A DNA stretch of 50,489 nucleotides from a bacterium (GCA_963692865.2 CAXXHI010000003.1:1-50489); one strand, 5' to 3'. Positions 1 through 10,624 are shown, counted from the first letter of the stretch. Made by a program: numbers and translations. Notes: generated from the sequence alone by a model not told the origin.

Positions 1-69
1 TTCCGGAAAGGAAGCGGCGTGTCCCGCTCCCGCCCCGATGAAGCGGGATTCGGCTCAGGAGGCCCCACG

Positions 70-3000
70 ATGAGATTTCCGAGACGAATGGTTTTGACCG
101 CACTCATCCTTTCGCTGGCCGGCGTTCTGTCCGGCGCGCCCGCCGCCTTCGCGCAGGATTGCCCGCGCCCGTCGGGCGTCGCCCCGAATCCGCTCGAAAC
201 CCCGGACGTTACGGCCGCCCAGGCGGCGGCGAACCCCACGGCCGCGAACCTCAAGGCCTTCGCCCCTGGCGGGGAAAGACCTGATAGCGAGTTCCAGGAC
301 GTTTCCTGCGAATTCATACGTCCAGTGTCTTTTCAAGAATCATTCGAACTGGAACTCCGGCTCCATCTACGTCACGGGCCTGACTCCGGACGGGAGACTG
401 CTCTTTCACCCGAACAATGCGAATCTCGGGGGCAGGCGGCTCAACCCCGCCCTTTGGGGACAGATCGCCGGCGCGGCCGGTTTGACTCAAAGGGGTTTCA
501 GCAATCCGGACGGCGGCGCTTTGCCGGGAGGCGGGCATGCGGTCGGTTATATAGACGGCTTTTCCAACTTCCCGCACATCGTGGTGGCCGGCCTCGATAT
601 CGAGGAATCCAGCCTGATGAAGGAAGTCCTCGACCCGGGCGCCATCCCGGCCGTAACGGCCAGGGACGTGGTGGACCGCGCGACGCTCAAGGCCTTCGTG
701 AACGGGGCGGGGACTTTCATGGGAAACTTCTTCCGTGACCGCAGCAACACCTTTTCAAAACTGAGGAGCGTCTTCAGGACCGAGCATTGGAGGCACGGCG
801 AAATCTACCTGTTCCTGATGGATGAAAGCGGCTATACGTTCTTTCACGGGGGGGATCCGGGGCGATACGAACTCGCCACCCCTACGGACACCTTGCGGGA
901 CGTCGTCACCGGCAAGCTGATCCTGCCGCAGATCATCGAGGCGGCGAAGAAACCCGGCGGCGGCTTCGTGCAGTACTATTTCGACAACCCCGACGACGAC
1001 ACCGACAGCGCCGACGTGCCGAAGGTGACCTTCGCCCGCAATCTCAGGAATGAAGTTACTGGAAATTCATTCATCATCGGCGCGGGGATCTACAGGGATC
1101 CGGGCGGCGTGTCGGAGGACGTCTGCCAGCGTCCGTCGGACGTCGCGGTGAATTCGCTCGAGACTCCGGACGTTACGGCCGCGCAGGCGGCGGCGAACCC
1201 CACGGCCGCGAACCTCAAGGCCTTCGCCCTGGCGGGGAAACGGTATCTGGCGAGCGTTCGTCCGGGGCCGGAATTGGTGTACAGCGGGTGCCTCCTCAGG
1301 AATGAGGGGCCCTGGAAGGCAGGCTCCAACTACGTCGTCACCATGACCACCGACGGCAGGGTGCTCTTGCACTCGGGGAATATGGCCTTGAGCGGCAGGC
1401 CGCTCAAGGCCGCCGTCTGGAGGGCGATAGCCGCCGCGACCGGCGCGGCCGCCCTGGGAACGACGGGCGCCTTCGGGAAACCGGACGGAGGCGCCCTGCC
1501 GGCGGAGGTCGGCGGCGGCTACGCCGTCGGCTTCAAGCGCACCCAGGGAGGCGCCACGTTCATCCTGGTCGCCGGCCTCGACATCGGGAAATCCGACCTC
1601 GCGCCGGAAACCGTCGACCCCGGCAATCCGCCGATCCGGGCCGATCAGGTGGTGGACCGCGCGACGCTCAAGACCTTCGTGAAAGGAGCGAAGGACTACG
1701 TCCTCCAGCTCTACAGGACCGAAGGCCGCAGCGCCTTTTCGAAGGCGAAGAGCGTCCTCCGGGACCCGAAAGGCCCCTGGCGGAGCGGTCCCGTCTATCT
1801 CTTCATCATGGAGACCACCGGCTACACGATCTTCCACGGGGCGTTTCCGGACAAGTACGAACTCCAGACCCCGACGGCCACCCTCAGGGATCAGGTCACC
1901 GGCGATCTCATCCTGCCGCAGATCATCAATGCGGCGAAGAAACCCGACGGCGGCTTCGTGAAGTATTATTTCGACAACCCCGACGACGACACCGACAGCG
2001 CCACGGTCCCCAAGGTGACCTATGCGGTCCGGCACGTCATTCGTGCTACGCGGGCGGACGGCAGCACGTTCGAATACCCGCTCATCTTCGGCGCGGGGAT
2101 CTACGGCGATCCGGACACGGTGTCCGAGGACGCCTGTCCGCGCCCGCCGGGCGTCGCGAAGAACCCGCTGGAGACCCCGGGCGTCACGGCCGCCCAGGCG
2201 GCGGGGAGCGCGGAGAACCTCAAGGCCTTCGCCCTGGCGGGGAAACGGTATCTGGCGAGCGTCCGCGTTGGGCCGGAATTGACGTACAGCAGGTGCCTCT
2301 TCAGGCATGAGGGGCCCTGGAAGACCGGCGCCACCTACGCCGCCACCATTTCCCTCGACGGCAGGGTGATCTTTCACTCGGGCAATATGGCCTTGAGCGG
2401 CAGGCCGCTCAAGCCCGCCGTCTGGCGGGCGATAGCCGCCGCGACCGGCGCGGCCGCTCTTCAAACGACGGGAGATTTCGGGAAGCCGGACGGCGGCGCC
2501 CTGCCGCCGGAGATCGGCGGCTACGCCGTCGGCTTCAAGCGCACCGTCGGAGGCGGCACGGGCATCCTGGTCGCCGGCCTCGACATCAGGGAATCACAAC
2601 ACCTCGCGCCGGAAACCGTCGACCCCGGCGATCCGCCGATCCGGGCCGACCAGGTGGTGGACCGCGCGACGCTCAAGACCTTCGTGAACGGAGCGAAGGA
2701 CTACGTCCTCCAGCTCTACAGGACCGAAGGCCACAGCGCCTTCACGAAGGCGAAGAGCGTCCTCCGGGACCCGAACGGCCCCTGGAGACACGGCCCCGTC
2801 TACCTCTTCATCATGGAGCCCACCGGCTACACGCTCTTCCACGGGGCGTTCCCGGACAAGTACGAGCTCCAGGCCCCCACGAATACCCTGCGGGACGCCG
2901 TCACCGGCAAGCTCATCCTGCCGCAGATCATCCAGGCGGCGACCGCCAACCCCGACGGCGGCTTCGTGAAGTATTATTTCGACAACCCGGACGACGACAC

Positions 3001-5605
3001 GGACAGCGCCACGGTCCCCAAGGTGACCTATGCGGTCCGGCACGTCATTCGGGGGCAGAGGCAGGACGGCAGCGCGCTCGAATACCCGATCATCTTCGGC
3101 GCGGGGATCTACGGCGATCCGGGCGCGGTGTCCGAGGATGTCTGCCCGCGCCCGCAGGGCCTTGCCGGCAACCCCCTCGCCACTCCGGGCGCAACCGCGG
3201 CTCAGGCGGCGTCGGGCGGCGACAATCTTCGCGCCTTCGCGCTGGCGGGGAGAGACTATTTCAACAGCATCACGACGCCGCAGGGGTTGGCCTACGCCGG
3301 ATGCCTCATCAGGAACGAGGGGCCTTGGAAGTCCGGCAACACCTACATCGCCGCACTGACGCTCGACGGCAGGGTGCTCTTGCACGGGCAGGACATGTCG
3401 ACGGGAGGCAGGCCGCTCCAGGACGCGGTTTATGGGGGCATTCTCGGCGCGCTGGGAATCGCCGTCTCCGACCCGGACGGCATACCCGCCCAACTGGCTG
3501 AGGTGTTCAGAACCCGCGCCTTTCCGAGGCCGGACGGCGGCGCTTTGCCGGGAGGCGGCTACGCCGTGGGGTACTTCGGCGACAATGTCCCCTACATCCT
3601 GCTCGCAGGCCTGGACCTTCAGAAAGCGGATTTCAAGGAAGATACCGTCGACCCCGGCGACCCGGACGTTAGCGCCGACGAAGTGGTCGACCGAGCCACA
3701 CTGAAACGATTCGTGAACGGGGCGGTTGACTACCTGCTGGAGCTCTACCGGACGAATCCGGCCGGAACCCTCGGAATCGCGAGAAGCATTCTGAGACGAC
3801 CGCCCTGGAGAAGCGGCCCCACCTATCTCTTCGTGATGGAAGAGAGCGGCTACACGCTCCTTCACGCCGGGTTCCCGGACAGGTTCGAGTTCCAGACGCC
3901 GACGCAAATCTTGCGAGACCAGGTGACCGGCGATCTCATTTTGCCGCAGATCATCGAGGCGGCGAAAGCGGGAGGCGATGAGGGCGCCTTCGTCCAGTAT
4001 TATTTCGACAATCCGGACGACCCGAACGACGATTTCAACACACGCAAGGTGACTTACGCGCGTCTGCTGACATTCTCCGTTCCGGGAGGCCAATCGGTAT
4101 CCTACATCGTCGGCGCGGGCATCTACGGGGATGAGGGTTTGGTGTCGAAGGAGAGTGTGGCGGCGGCGAGGGGCTGGCTGGCGCGCTTCGGCCGGGCTGC
4201 GGCGGGCCAGGCGGTGGAGATGATCGCCGGCCGCATGAACGCCCCCGCTCCGAGCGGGGCGAAGATGACGCTCGGCGGGCAGACGGTGAGCCTCGATGAG
4301 GATTCCGAGCGTCTCCTGATGAAGAAAGGCGCGGGCTTCGTCTCCTTCGCCCAGGACGGCGGGGGTTCCGGCGGCCTCGCGCGCTTGAGGGCCGAGAACC
4401 GGCTGACGGGGCATGGCGCCCCGGAGACCTACCGCGAGACGACGGTGAGCGAACTCCTCTCGGGCGGTTCGTTCCACCTGGCCTCGGCGAAGGACGCCGG
4501 GGAGGCGGCCGGCCGCTGGTCGATCTGGGGCCGCGGGTCGCGGACGAGCTTCGAGGGCGGAGAGGCCGCTATCGAGGGCGACGTGACGACGGCCATGCTG
4601 GGGATGGACTACGAGAAGGACAGCGTCCTCATGGGCCTCGCGCTCTCGCGCGCCACGGGCGAGGGCGGCTTCGAGAACGGGGGCAGCGGCGAGATGGAGG
4701 CGACGCTCACGAGCGTGCACCCCTACCTGCGCTACCGGGCGAACGAGCGGCTCTCGATGTGGGGCATCCTGGGAATGGGCCAGGGAGAGATGACGCTTAA
4801 GGTGGAGGAGAAAGACGTCGAGAAGAAGGTCGAAGCCGAGACCGACATCGAGATGCGCATGGCGGCGTTCGGGCTTCGGGGAGAACTCGCGAAGACGGGC
4901 GGGTTCGACCTGGCGGTGAAGTCCGACGTCCTGGTGGCGCAGACGGACGCGGACGCGGCGGACGGTATCGAGGCGCTCTCGGCGGAGACGACGCGGCTTC
5001 GGGTGATGCTCGAGGCCTCGCGCGAGGTGGCGATGAAGAATGGCGGGACGTTCCGGCCTTCGGTGGAGGCGGGCCTTCGCCACGACGGGGGCGACGCGGA
5101 CGAGGGGCTCGGCGTGGAGGTGGGCGGCGGCCTGCGCTTCACGAACCCGGCCTCGGGCCTCACGCTGGAGCTCAAGGCGCGCGGGCTCCTCGCGCATGAA
5201 GAGGAAGACGCGGCCGACTGGGGCGTGGGCGGCATGATCCGCTTCGCCCCGGGGAAGGCGGGCCGAGGCCTTGCCCTCACCGTGCGGCCCTCGGTGGGCG
5301 AGACGGCGGGCGGCGCCGAGCGGCTGTGGGGCATCGAGGACGCCTCGCGCCTGGCGAAAGGGGAAGTCGGGGACCCCGACCCCCGCGTGCGCGCGGAGGT
5401 GGGCTACGGGCTGGACGCCTGGGGCGGCCTGCTGACGCCCTACGCGGGCCTTTCGGTGTCGGAGAGCGGCGGCGGCGCCTACCGCCTGGGCGGTCGCTTC
5501 AGGATGGGCGAACGCCTCAGCATGAGCGTCGAGGGCGACGTGCGCGAGCGCGAGGACGACGACCCCGTCCACGGCGTGGCGCTGCGCGGCTCCCTGCGCT
5601 GGTAG
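70..5605 (+). CDS. Autotransporter with four tandem double-Cache-like passenger repeats (one +1 frameshift at 263-266; ~1,844 aa if corrected)
   Basis: AGGAGG at 57-62 precedes ATG 70. Signal peptide MRFPRR..AAFA|QD. Removing one C at 263-266 joins this frame to ORF 482..5605. The repeats carry sCache_2-like motifs (YLFIM..GYT.FHG..P, D.VTG.LILPQII.AAK, GGFV.YYFDNP, KVTYA). The C-terminal region has a WLARFGR linker helix, amphipathic beta strands and a terminal W. Confidence 0.8.
160..4137 (+). repeat. Four intragenic ~1-kb tandem repeats
   Basis: Units begin at Cys codons 160, 1124, 2135 and 3143 (CxRP...L[E/A]TP) and end in GAGIY. Units 2 and 3 share long near-identical DNA stretches. Confidence 0.95.
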
Positions 5606-5646
5606 GGGGGAAGGGAAACCTCCCGTAGAGGCCAGGGGGTCCCACC

Positions 5647-5740
5647 GTAGGGGCCGCATATCATGCGGCCCGCCTTGTGGAGGCGAAAATCAGGGTCGCA
5701 TGATATGTGTGGGACAACCCCGAGGAGGGGTTGTCACCTA
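5647..5740. repeat. GTAG-type REP doublet
   Basis: GTAGGGGCCGCATATCATGCGGCCC ... GGGTCGCATGATATG..CCTAC; the same motif recurs at ~8838-8922 and ~39406-39476. Confidence 0.75.
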
Positions 5741-5822
5741 CAAACAAATTGTTTCTCTCCGGCTTTTTCAACACCCCCTCCCCGGTCGGGATTGATCCTC
5801 CACCGCTCTGACAAGGCCCCTC

Positions 5823-6863
5823 CTATGCGGGAGGCATCACGAGGGCGGCGCGTCCGGTGACGCGTCCCTCTCTCAAGCGCTCGTGCACGAGGTTGGCTTC
5901 TTCGAGCGGGTAGGTCTCGCTCACCAGCGGCCACACGTCGCCGCGCGCCGCGAGTTCGAGCGAGTCGACGACCTCCTGCCGGGTGGCGTAGCGGCTGCCC
6001 ATGATCTGCTGTTCCTCGCGGAGGAGTTCACGCGGGGAGAAGGGGAAGCGCTCTATCCGGTTCGCTCCCATGGCGAGGAAGCGCCCCCCCTTGCCGAGGC
6101 CGCGCAGGCCGCCCTCCACCCCTTCGGCGGTGCAGACGAAATCGACGACGACGTCGGCGCCCGCGCCCCCGGTCAGGTCTCTGAGCGCCTCTTCGAGATT
6201 CTCCTGCGAGGCGTCCACCGTGTCGTGCGCGCCCACGTCGCGGCATTTGCCCAGCTTGTCCGCCGCGATGTCCACGGCGATGACGCGCGCGCCCGCCCAG
6301 CGGGCCATCATCACCATGTGGATTCCCACGCCGCCGCCCGCGCCCACCACGGCCACGTTCTCCATGGGGCGAACGCCCGCGTGGCGGATAACTTTATACG
6401 GCGTGGCCACGGCGTCGCAGATGACGCTCACCTCGGCGGGGTGCGCCCGGTAGTCCAGCCCCTCGGGCAGGGGGATGAAGCTCCTGGCGGGCAGCTTGAC
6501 ATATTCGGCGTAGCCGCCGTCCATCCGGCGCCCGACCTGGCCTGCGAGATTCTCGCACAGGGTCTCGCGGTTCACGCGGCACCAGCGGCAGCGCCCGCAG
6601 GTGAGGTAGTAGTACGCCGTCACGGCGTCGCCTTCGGTGAGCCCTTCCACGCCCGCGCCCACCTGGGTGATCTCGGCTGCGATCTCGTGTCCGATCACGA
6701 GCGGGAAATTCCCGCCCATGCGGCCCGTCCGGGTGTGTTCGATCGTGAGTCCCGCGCCGCAGGCCAGCACGCGCGCCACGGCCTCGCCCGGCCCCGCTGC
6801 GGGAATGGGTCTCTCCTCCAGGACGAACGGAGCGCCCGCCTCCGCCAGTACCATCGCCTTCAT
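5823..6863 (-). CDS. Zn-dependent alcohol dehydrogenase (MDR family)
   Basis: MKAMVL start with GGAG RBS; GHE motif, CxxCxxC..C structural Zn site, GAGGGVG nucleotide-binding loop. Confidence 0.92.
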   Translation of the reverse strand: MKAMVLAEAGAPFVLEERPIPAAGPGEAVARVLACGAGLTIEHTRTGRMGGNFPLVIGHEIAAEITQVGAGVEGLTEGDAVTAYYYLTCGRCRWCRVNRETLCENLAGQVGRRMDGGYAEYVKLPARSFIPLPEGLDYRAHPAEVSVICDAVATPYKVIRHAGVRPMENVAVVGAGGGVGIHMVMMARWAGARVIAVDIAADKLGKCRDVGAHDTVDASQENLEEALRDLTGGAGADVVVDFVCTAEGVEGGLRGLGKGGRFLAMGANRIERFPFSPRELLREEQQIMGSRYATRQEVVDSLELAARGDVWPLVSETYPLEEANLVHERLREGRVTGRAALVMPPA

Positions 6864-6963
6864 GTCGTCTCCCGCCATGTGTGGAGTGAAAGTGTTCCGG
6901 TGAGTTTAGTGCATCTCACCCGGATGGGGTATTGCGCGGGGAACGTAAACCGTTCCGGCTTCG

Positions 6964-7956
6964 CTAGTCGGTTCGGATGTCTTTCGCCCACTCGCGGTTG
7001 GCCGCGTACCACTCCACCAGATGCGCGAGGCCCTCCGCGAGCCTCACGCGGGGCCGCCAGCCCAGGAGCCTCTCCGCCTTCTCGACGTTCGCCCACGTGG
7101 CATCGACGTCGGCGGGGTTGCGTTCCTCGTAACGGATACGGGCTTTCTTCTCCGTGAGGGCCTCGATGCGGGCGATGGCCTCGTTCAGGACGACGGGCTC
7201 GTCCGAACCCAGGTTGACGACCTCGTAAGAGAGCGGCCTGGTGGCCGCGATCGTGCCCCTCGCGATGTCGTCCACGTAGGTGAAATCGCGCGACTGCGTT
7301 CCGTCTCCGTAGACGATCACGGGCCTTCCCTCGGCTATCCACTGCGTGAAGCGGAACAGGCTCATGTCGGGCCGTCCGGCCGGGCCGTAGACGGTGAAGT
7401 AGCGCAGCACGCTCACGTCGATCCCGAACAGGTGGTGATAGGTGTGGCAGAGCGCCTCGGCCGCTTTCTTGGAAGCCGCGTAGGGCGAGAGAGGCCTGTC
7501 GCTCGGGGCGTCTTCTCGAAAAGGCGCGGGCGCCTCCTCCCCGTAGGCGCTCGAGGTGGAGGCGAGGACGAACTTCATGACGCCGAAATCCCTGCACAAC
7601 TGCAGCAGGTTCAGCGCGCCCGTTACGTTCGTCTCGAAATATGCCCAGGGGTTCTCGATGGATTGCCTTACGCCTGCGCGCGCGGCCAGGTTCAGGACGG
7701 CGTCGAACGGCGGCGCATCGCCTCCGGCGTTTTCCTTGAACAGCGCGCGCAAGAGTTCGAGACGGGTCACGTCCATCCGGTGGAAGACGAATCCCGGGCG
7801 ATCTTTCAAGCGCGCGAGGCGGTAGCCCTTGAGGCGGACGTCGTAGGCGTCGTTCATCTCGTCGGCCCCCACGACGGCGTGGCCCTCATCCAGCAGGAAT
7901 TCGCACACCCTGGCGGCGATGAAGCCCGCGGCGCCCGTGACGAGGTATCTGGCCAA
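6964..7956 (-). CDS. NAD-dependent epimerase, UDP-glucuronate 4-epimerase-like
   Basis: VTGAAGFI, LAARAGVR, YAASKK, LRYFTVYGPAGRPDM, RDFTYVDD motifs. Confidence 0.92.
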   Translation of the reverse strand: MARYLVTGAAGFIAARVCEFLLDEGHAVVGADEMNDAYDVRLKGYRLARLKDRPGFVFHRMDVTRLELLRALFKENAGGDAPPFDAVLNLAARAGVRQSIENPWAYFETNVTGALNLLQLCRDFGVMKFVLASTSSAYGEEAPAPFREDAPSDRPLSPYAASKKAAEALCHTYHHLFGIDVSVLRYFTVYGPAGRPDMSLFRFTQWIAEGRPVIVYGDGTQSRDFTYVDDIARGTIAATRPLSYEVVNLGSDEPVVLNEAIARIEALTEKKARIRYEERNPADVDATWANVEKAERLLGWRPRVRLAEGLAHLVEWYAANREWAKDIRTD

Positions 7957-8231
7957 AACGGATTTCTCCTTGCGACGAACTCGTTGACGGCGACGCCAAG
8001 GCTATCAGGGGCGGGCGGTTCAGGCAAAACGACCAGCGTAAATTCAGGCTTTCCGAAGAAGAAAACCCGACCCTCAAGGGGTTGTTGAAAAACCTGTCCC
8101 TCTCGGATCAACCACGTTTTATCCGTAGGGGCCGTTCGCGAACGGCCCTTCCCGGAGAAGAAACGGGCGCTTCACGAAGCGCCCCCTGTCCTCATTGCGA
8201 GTAAGAGCGTCAGCGCCGCATCAAGGGATAG

Positions 8232-8346
8232 CCCTTCGATACGCCGCCTCCGGCGGCTACTCAGGGTGAGGAAAACAAAAAACACCCTCATCCCGAGTAG
8301 GCCCGCAAGGGCCGTATCGAGAGCCTGCCCTGAGCCTGTCGAAGGG
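8232..8346. repeat. REP-like palindrome pair (CCTCATCCYGAG..GTATCGA / TTCGATACG..CTCAGG family)
   Basis: Near-identical units recur at 42567-42605 and 42638-42675. Confidence 0.75.
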
Positions 8347-8406
8347 GACGCGGGAAAACGGCCTTCCCGTCCCCCTTGTCGTTAACCCCCGAACCCCCCC
8401 TTGTCA

Positions 8407-8718
8407 GGGGCTGTTGAGAAAGTCCCGCAAAAGGAGCGTACTGAATTTCACTCCCCCCTTGAGGGTCGGGCTTCCCGAGGGGAAAGCCCGACGAAGAGGC
8501 CGAGTCCTTTGGACGAAGGCCGATTCGGTGGGGGGCAAATCTCGTTTTGCGCCATTCCGAATAATACCCCCCACCAGTTCGCTTTCGGGCTTACGCCCTC
8601 AGCTCACTGACTCCCCCTCAAGGGGGGAGTGAATTTCCCCTCTACTTGTTCGACAATAGCCCTCAAGAGGTGAGTCAATTCATAAGCGCATGTCGATTGA
8701 GACTTTTTCAACAGCCCC
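8407..8718. mobile_element. MITE-like element, 312 bp
   Basis: TIRs GGGGCTGTTGAGAAAGTC / GACTTTTTCAACAGCCCC (17/18 match); 5-bp direct repeat TGTCA at 8402-8406 and 8719-8723. Confidence 0.75.
8448..8632. repeat. Hairpin repeat family with TCACTCCCCCCTTGAGGG..CCCTCAAGGGGGGAGTGA ends, copy A
   Basis: Inverted ends; related copies at 41554-41749 and 42251-42923. Confidence 0.8.
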
Positions 8719-8776
8719 TGTCAGGGGGGGCTTTTTTCACCCCTCGCCGTGGGCATTGCTTTTACCCCCCTGACAA

Positions 8777-8969
8777 GGGGGTGTTGAAAAACCCCTCCTC
8801 GCTCGGATTGACCACCGCCGTCATTGTCGTTTCTATTGTAGGGGCCGCATATCATGCGGCCCGGCTTTTTCGCCTTCACAATACGGGTCGCATGATATGT
8901 CGGACATATATGTCCGACCTACGGGTAAAACGTGGTTGATCCGAGAGGGACAGGTTTTTCAACAGCCCC
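8777..8969. mobile_element. MITE-like element, 193 bp, carrying a GTAG REP doublet
   Basis: TIRs GGGGGTGTTGAAAAACC / GGTTTTTCAACAGCCCC (16/17); 5-bp direct repeat GACAA at 8772-8776 and 8970-8974. Confidence 0.75.
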
Positions 8970-9272
8970 GACAAGGGGGGACAGGGGGGTTGGTTTTGTA
9001 GGGAAAGGCCCCCGTGCCTGTCCTGACGCGCCCTCCAATCAGGGACAACCACGGGGGGTTGTCCCTACGATTCCTGAATCGAAGATATCCCGCACTCCGT
9101 TAAAACACGGCCCGTGCTTGAAATCCGCGGCGCAATCCGCAATGGTTGGTTTGATATGGGCGAACATATTCTCCATGCGGTTGGGGGAGTAGCCGCTTCA
9201 TGTTTCTCGGGCCGTGTATGGACTTCGTGTCCAGCGAACCCGGTTCTTGTAAAGATTGATTGAGAATCCGAG

Positions 9273-10202
9273 ATGGCGAACGTGTTGGTGACGGGAGGCG
9301 CGGGCTTCATCGGCTCCCATGTGGCGGAAGCCTGCCTGGAAGCGGGCGATTCCGTCTGGGTAGTGGATAATCTCGCCTCTGGCCTCTTGGAGGACGTTCC
9401 CGCTGGCGCGGTTTTTTGCGAGGGCGATGTGGCCGACGCCGCGTTCATGCGCCGCGTGGCGGAAGAGGCGCGCCCCGGCGTCATCCACCATCTGGCGGCC
9501 CAGTCGAGCGTAACGCACAGTCTGGCCGACCCCGTGTTAGACGCGCAGGCGAACGTCCTGGGCACGCTGAGCGTTCTGGAGGCGGCCAGGAACATGGACG
9601 CGCCGCCCCGGGTCGTCTACGCCGCCACGGGCGGGGCGTGCTACGGGGATCCCGAAGAGGAGATTGTGGACGAGAGCCGTCCCCTCGCTCCCGCCTCCCA
9701 CTACGGGATGAGCAAGGTGGCGGGCGAGCGGTATCTCGCCTTCTACGGGGAGCATTTCGGGCTGCCCGTCGCATCGCTGCGCCTCGCCAACGTCTACGGG
9801 CCGAGGCAGCGCGCGACGCTCGACGCGGGCGTGATATCCATATTCGCGGATAAGCTGACGAAGGCCGAGCCCCTCACCCTCTACGGGCACGGACGCGCGG
9901 GGCGGGACTACGTCTATGTGAAGGACGTGGTCGAGGCATTCCTCATGGCGGGGAAGGGAGGCGTGGACGGCGGGGCCTACAACGTCGGCACCGGCGTCGT
10001 CACCGAGGTGGAGACGCTGCTCGAAGTTCTCTGCCGCAGGATGGCCAAAAACCCCGTGAGCATCGCGCGCGCGCCCCTGCGTCCGGGCGAGGTGTTCCGA
10101 ATCGGCCTGGATGCGAGCGCGTTCCAAAGAGACGCTGGCTGGCGGCCCGGCTTCTCGCTCGAGGAGGGAATCGCCGCCTTCCTGGAATCGCTTGAGGTTT
10201 AA
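9273..10202 (+). CDS. NAD-dependent epimerase/dehydratase, UDP-glucose 4-epimerase-like
   Basis: VTGGAGFIGSH, HLAAQ, YGMSK, LRLANVYGPRQ, RDYVYVKD motifs. Confidence 0.92.
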   Translation: MANVLVTGGAGFIGSHVAEACLEAGDSVWVVDNLASGLLEDVPAGAVFCEGDVADAAFMRRVAEEARPGVIHHLAAQSSVTHSLADPVLDAQANVLGTLSVLEAARNMDAPPRVVYAATGGACYGDPEEEIVDESRPLAPASHYGMSKVAGERYLAFYGEHFGLPVASLRLANVYGPRQRATLDAGVISIFADKLTKAEPLTLYGHGRAGRDYVYVKDVVEAFLMAGKGGVDGGAYNVGTGVVTEVETLLEVLCRRMAKNPVSIARAPLRPGEVFRIGLDASAFQRDAGWRPGFSLEEGIAAFLESLEV

Positions 10203-10624
10203 GCCGGCAGGCGGCCATAGACGCGCTCGGGCGTCACCAGCACGGCGACCGCGCCCTGGCCTATCATCGCCTGGTCGTATTCCTCCCAGTCGGGATGGTC
10301 CGAATCCCCGCAGGCGCGAAATACCTCGCGGAACATCACGCGCATTTCCTCTTTTTCGGTGTTCTCGTAGTCGAAGAGTCTGGCCTTGCCCTCCACGCAC
10401 ACCCATGTGCGCCAGTCGGGGGTGACGTAGAGCACCGTGCACCGGGGGTTCCGCCGCAGGTTCCCCAGCTTCACCGACCAGCCGCGCACGATGACGAACG
10501 CGGCGCAGTCCTCATACGCCCCGCAGACGATGACGCTCGATTGCGCCGTGCCGTCCGGCCTCAGGCTCGTGACCACCCCCTTGTGGTTTTTCTCCATAAA
10601 CGGCCTTGCATCTTCGAAGTTCAT
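10199..10624 (-). CDS. Pyridoxamine 5'-phosphate oxidase-like split-barrel protein (PPOX class, possibly F420-dependent)
   Basis: GVVTSLRPDG..Q.S and K..NLRRNPR motifs; GAGG RBS before ATG 10624. Confidence 0.8.
   Translation of the reverse strand: MNFEDARPFMEKNHKGVVTSLRPDGTAQSSVIVCGAYEDCAAFVIVRGWSVKLGNLRRNPRCTVLYVTPDWRTWVCVEGKARLFDYENTEKEEMRVMFREVFRACGDSDHPDWEEYDQAMIGQGAVAVLVTPERVYGRLPA

Noticed and set aside
19-738. 239-aa ORF as a separate gene
   Set aside because: It is the autotransporter N-terminus followed by out-of-frame sequence after the extra C.
2594-5659. Long antisense ORFs (1,021 aa here; also 28521..30968, 39517..41454, 16287..17525 and similar)
   Set aside because: Shadow frames of well-supported genes in high-GC DNA; no recognisable motifs.
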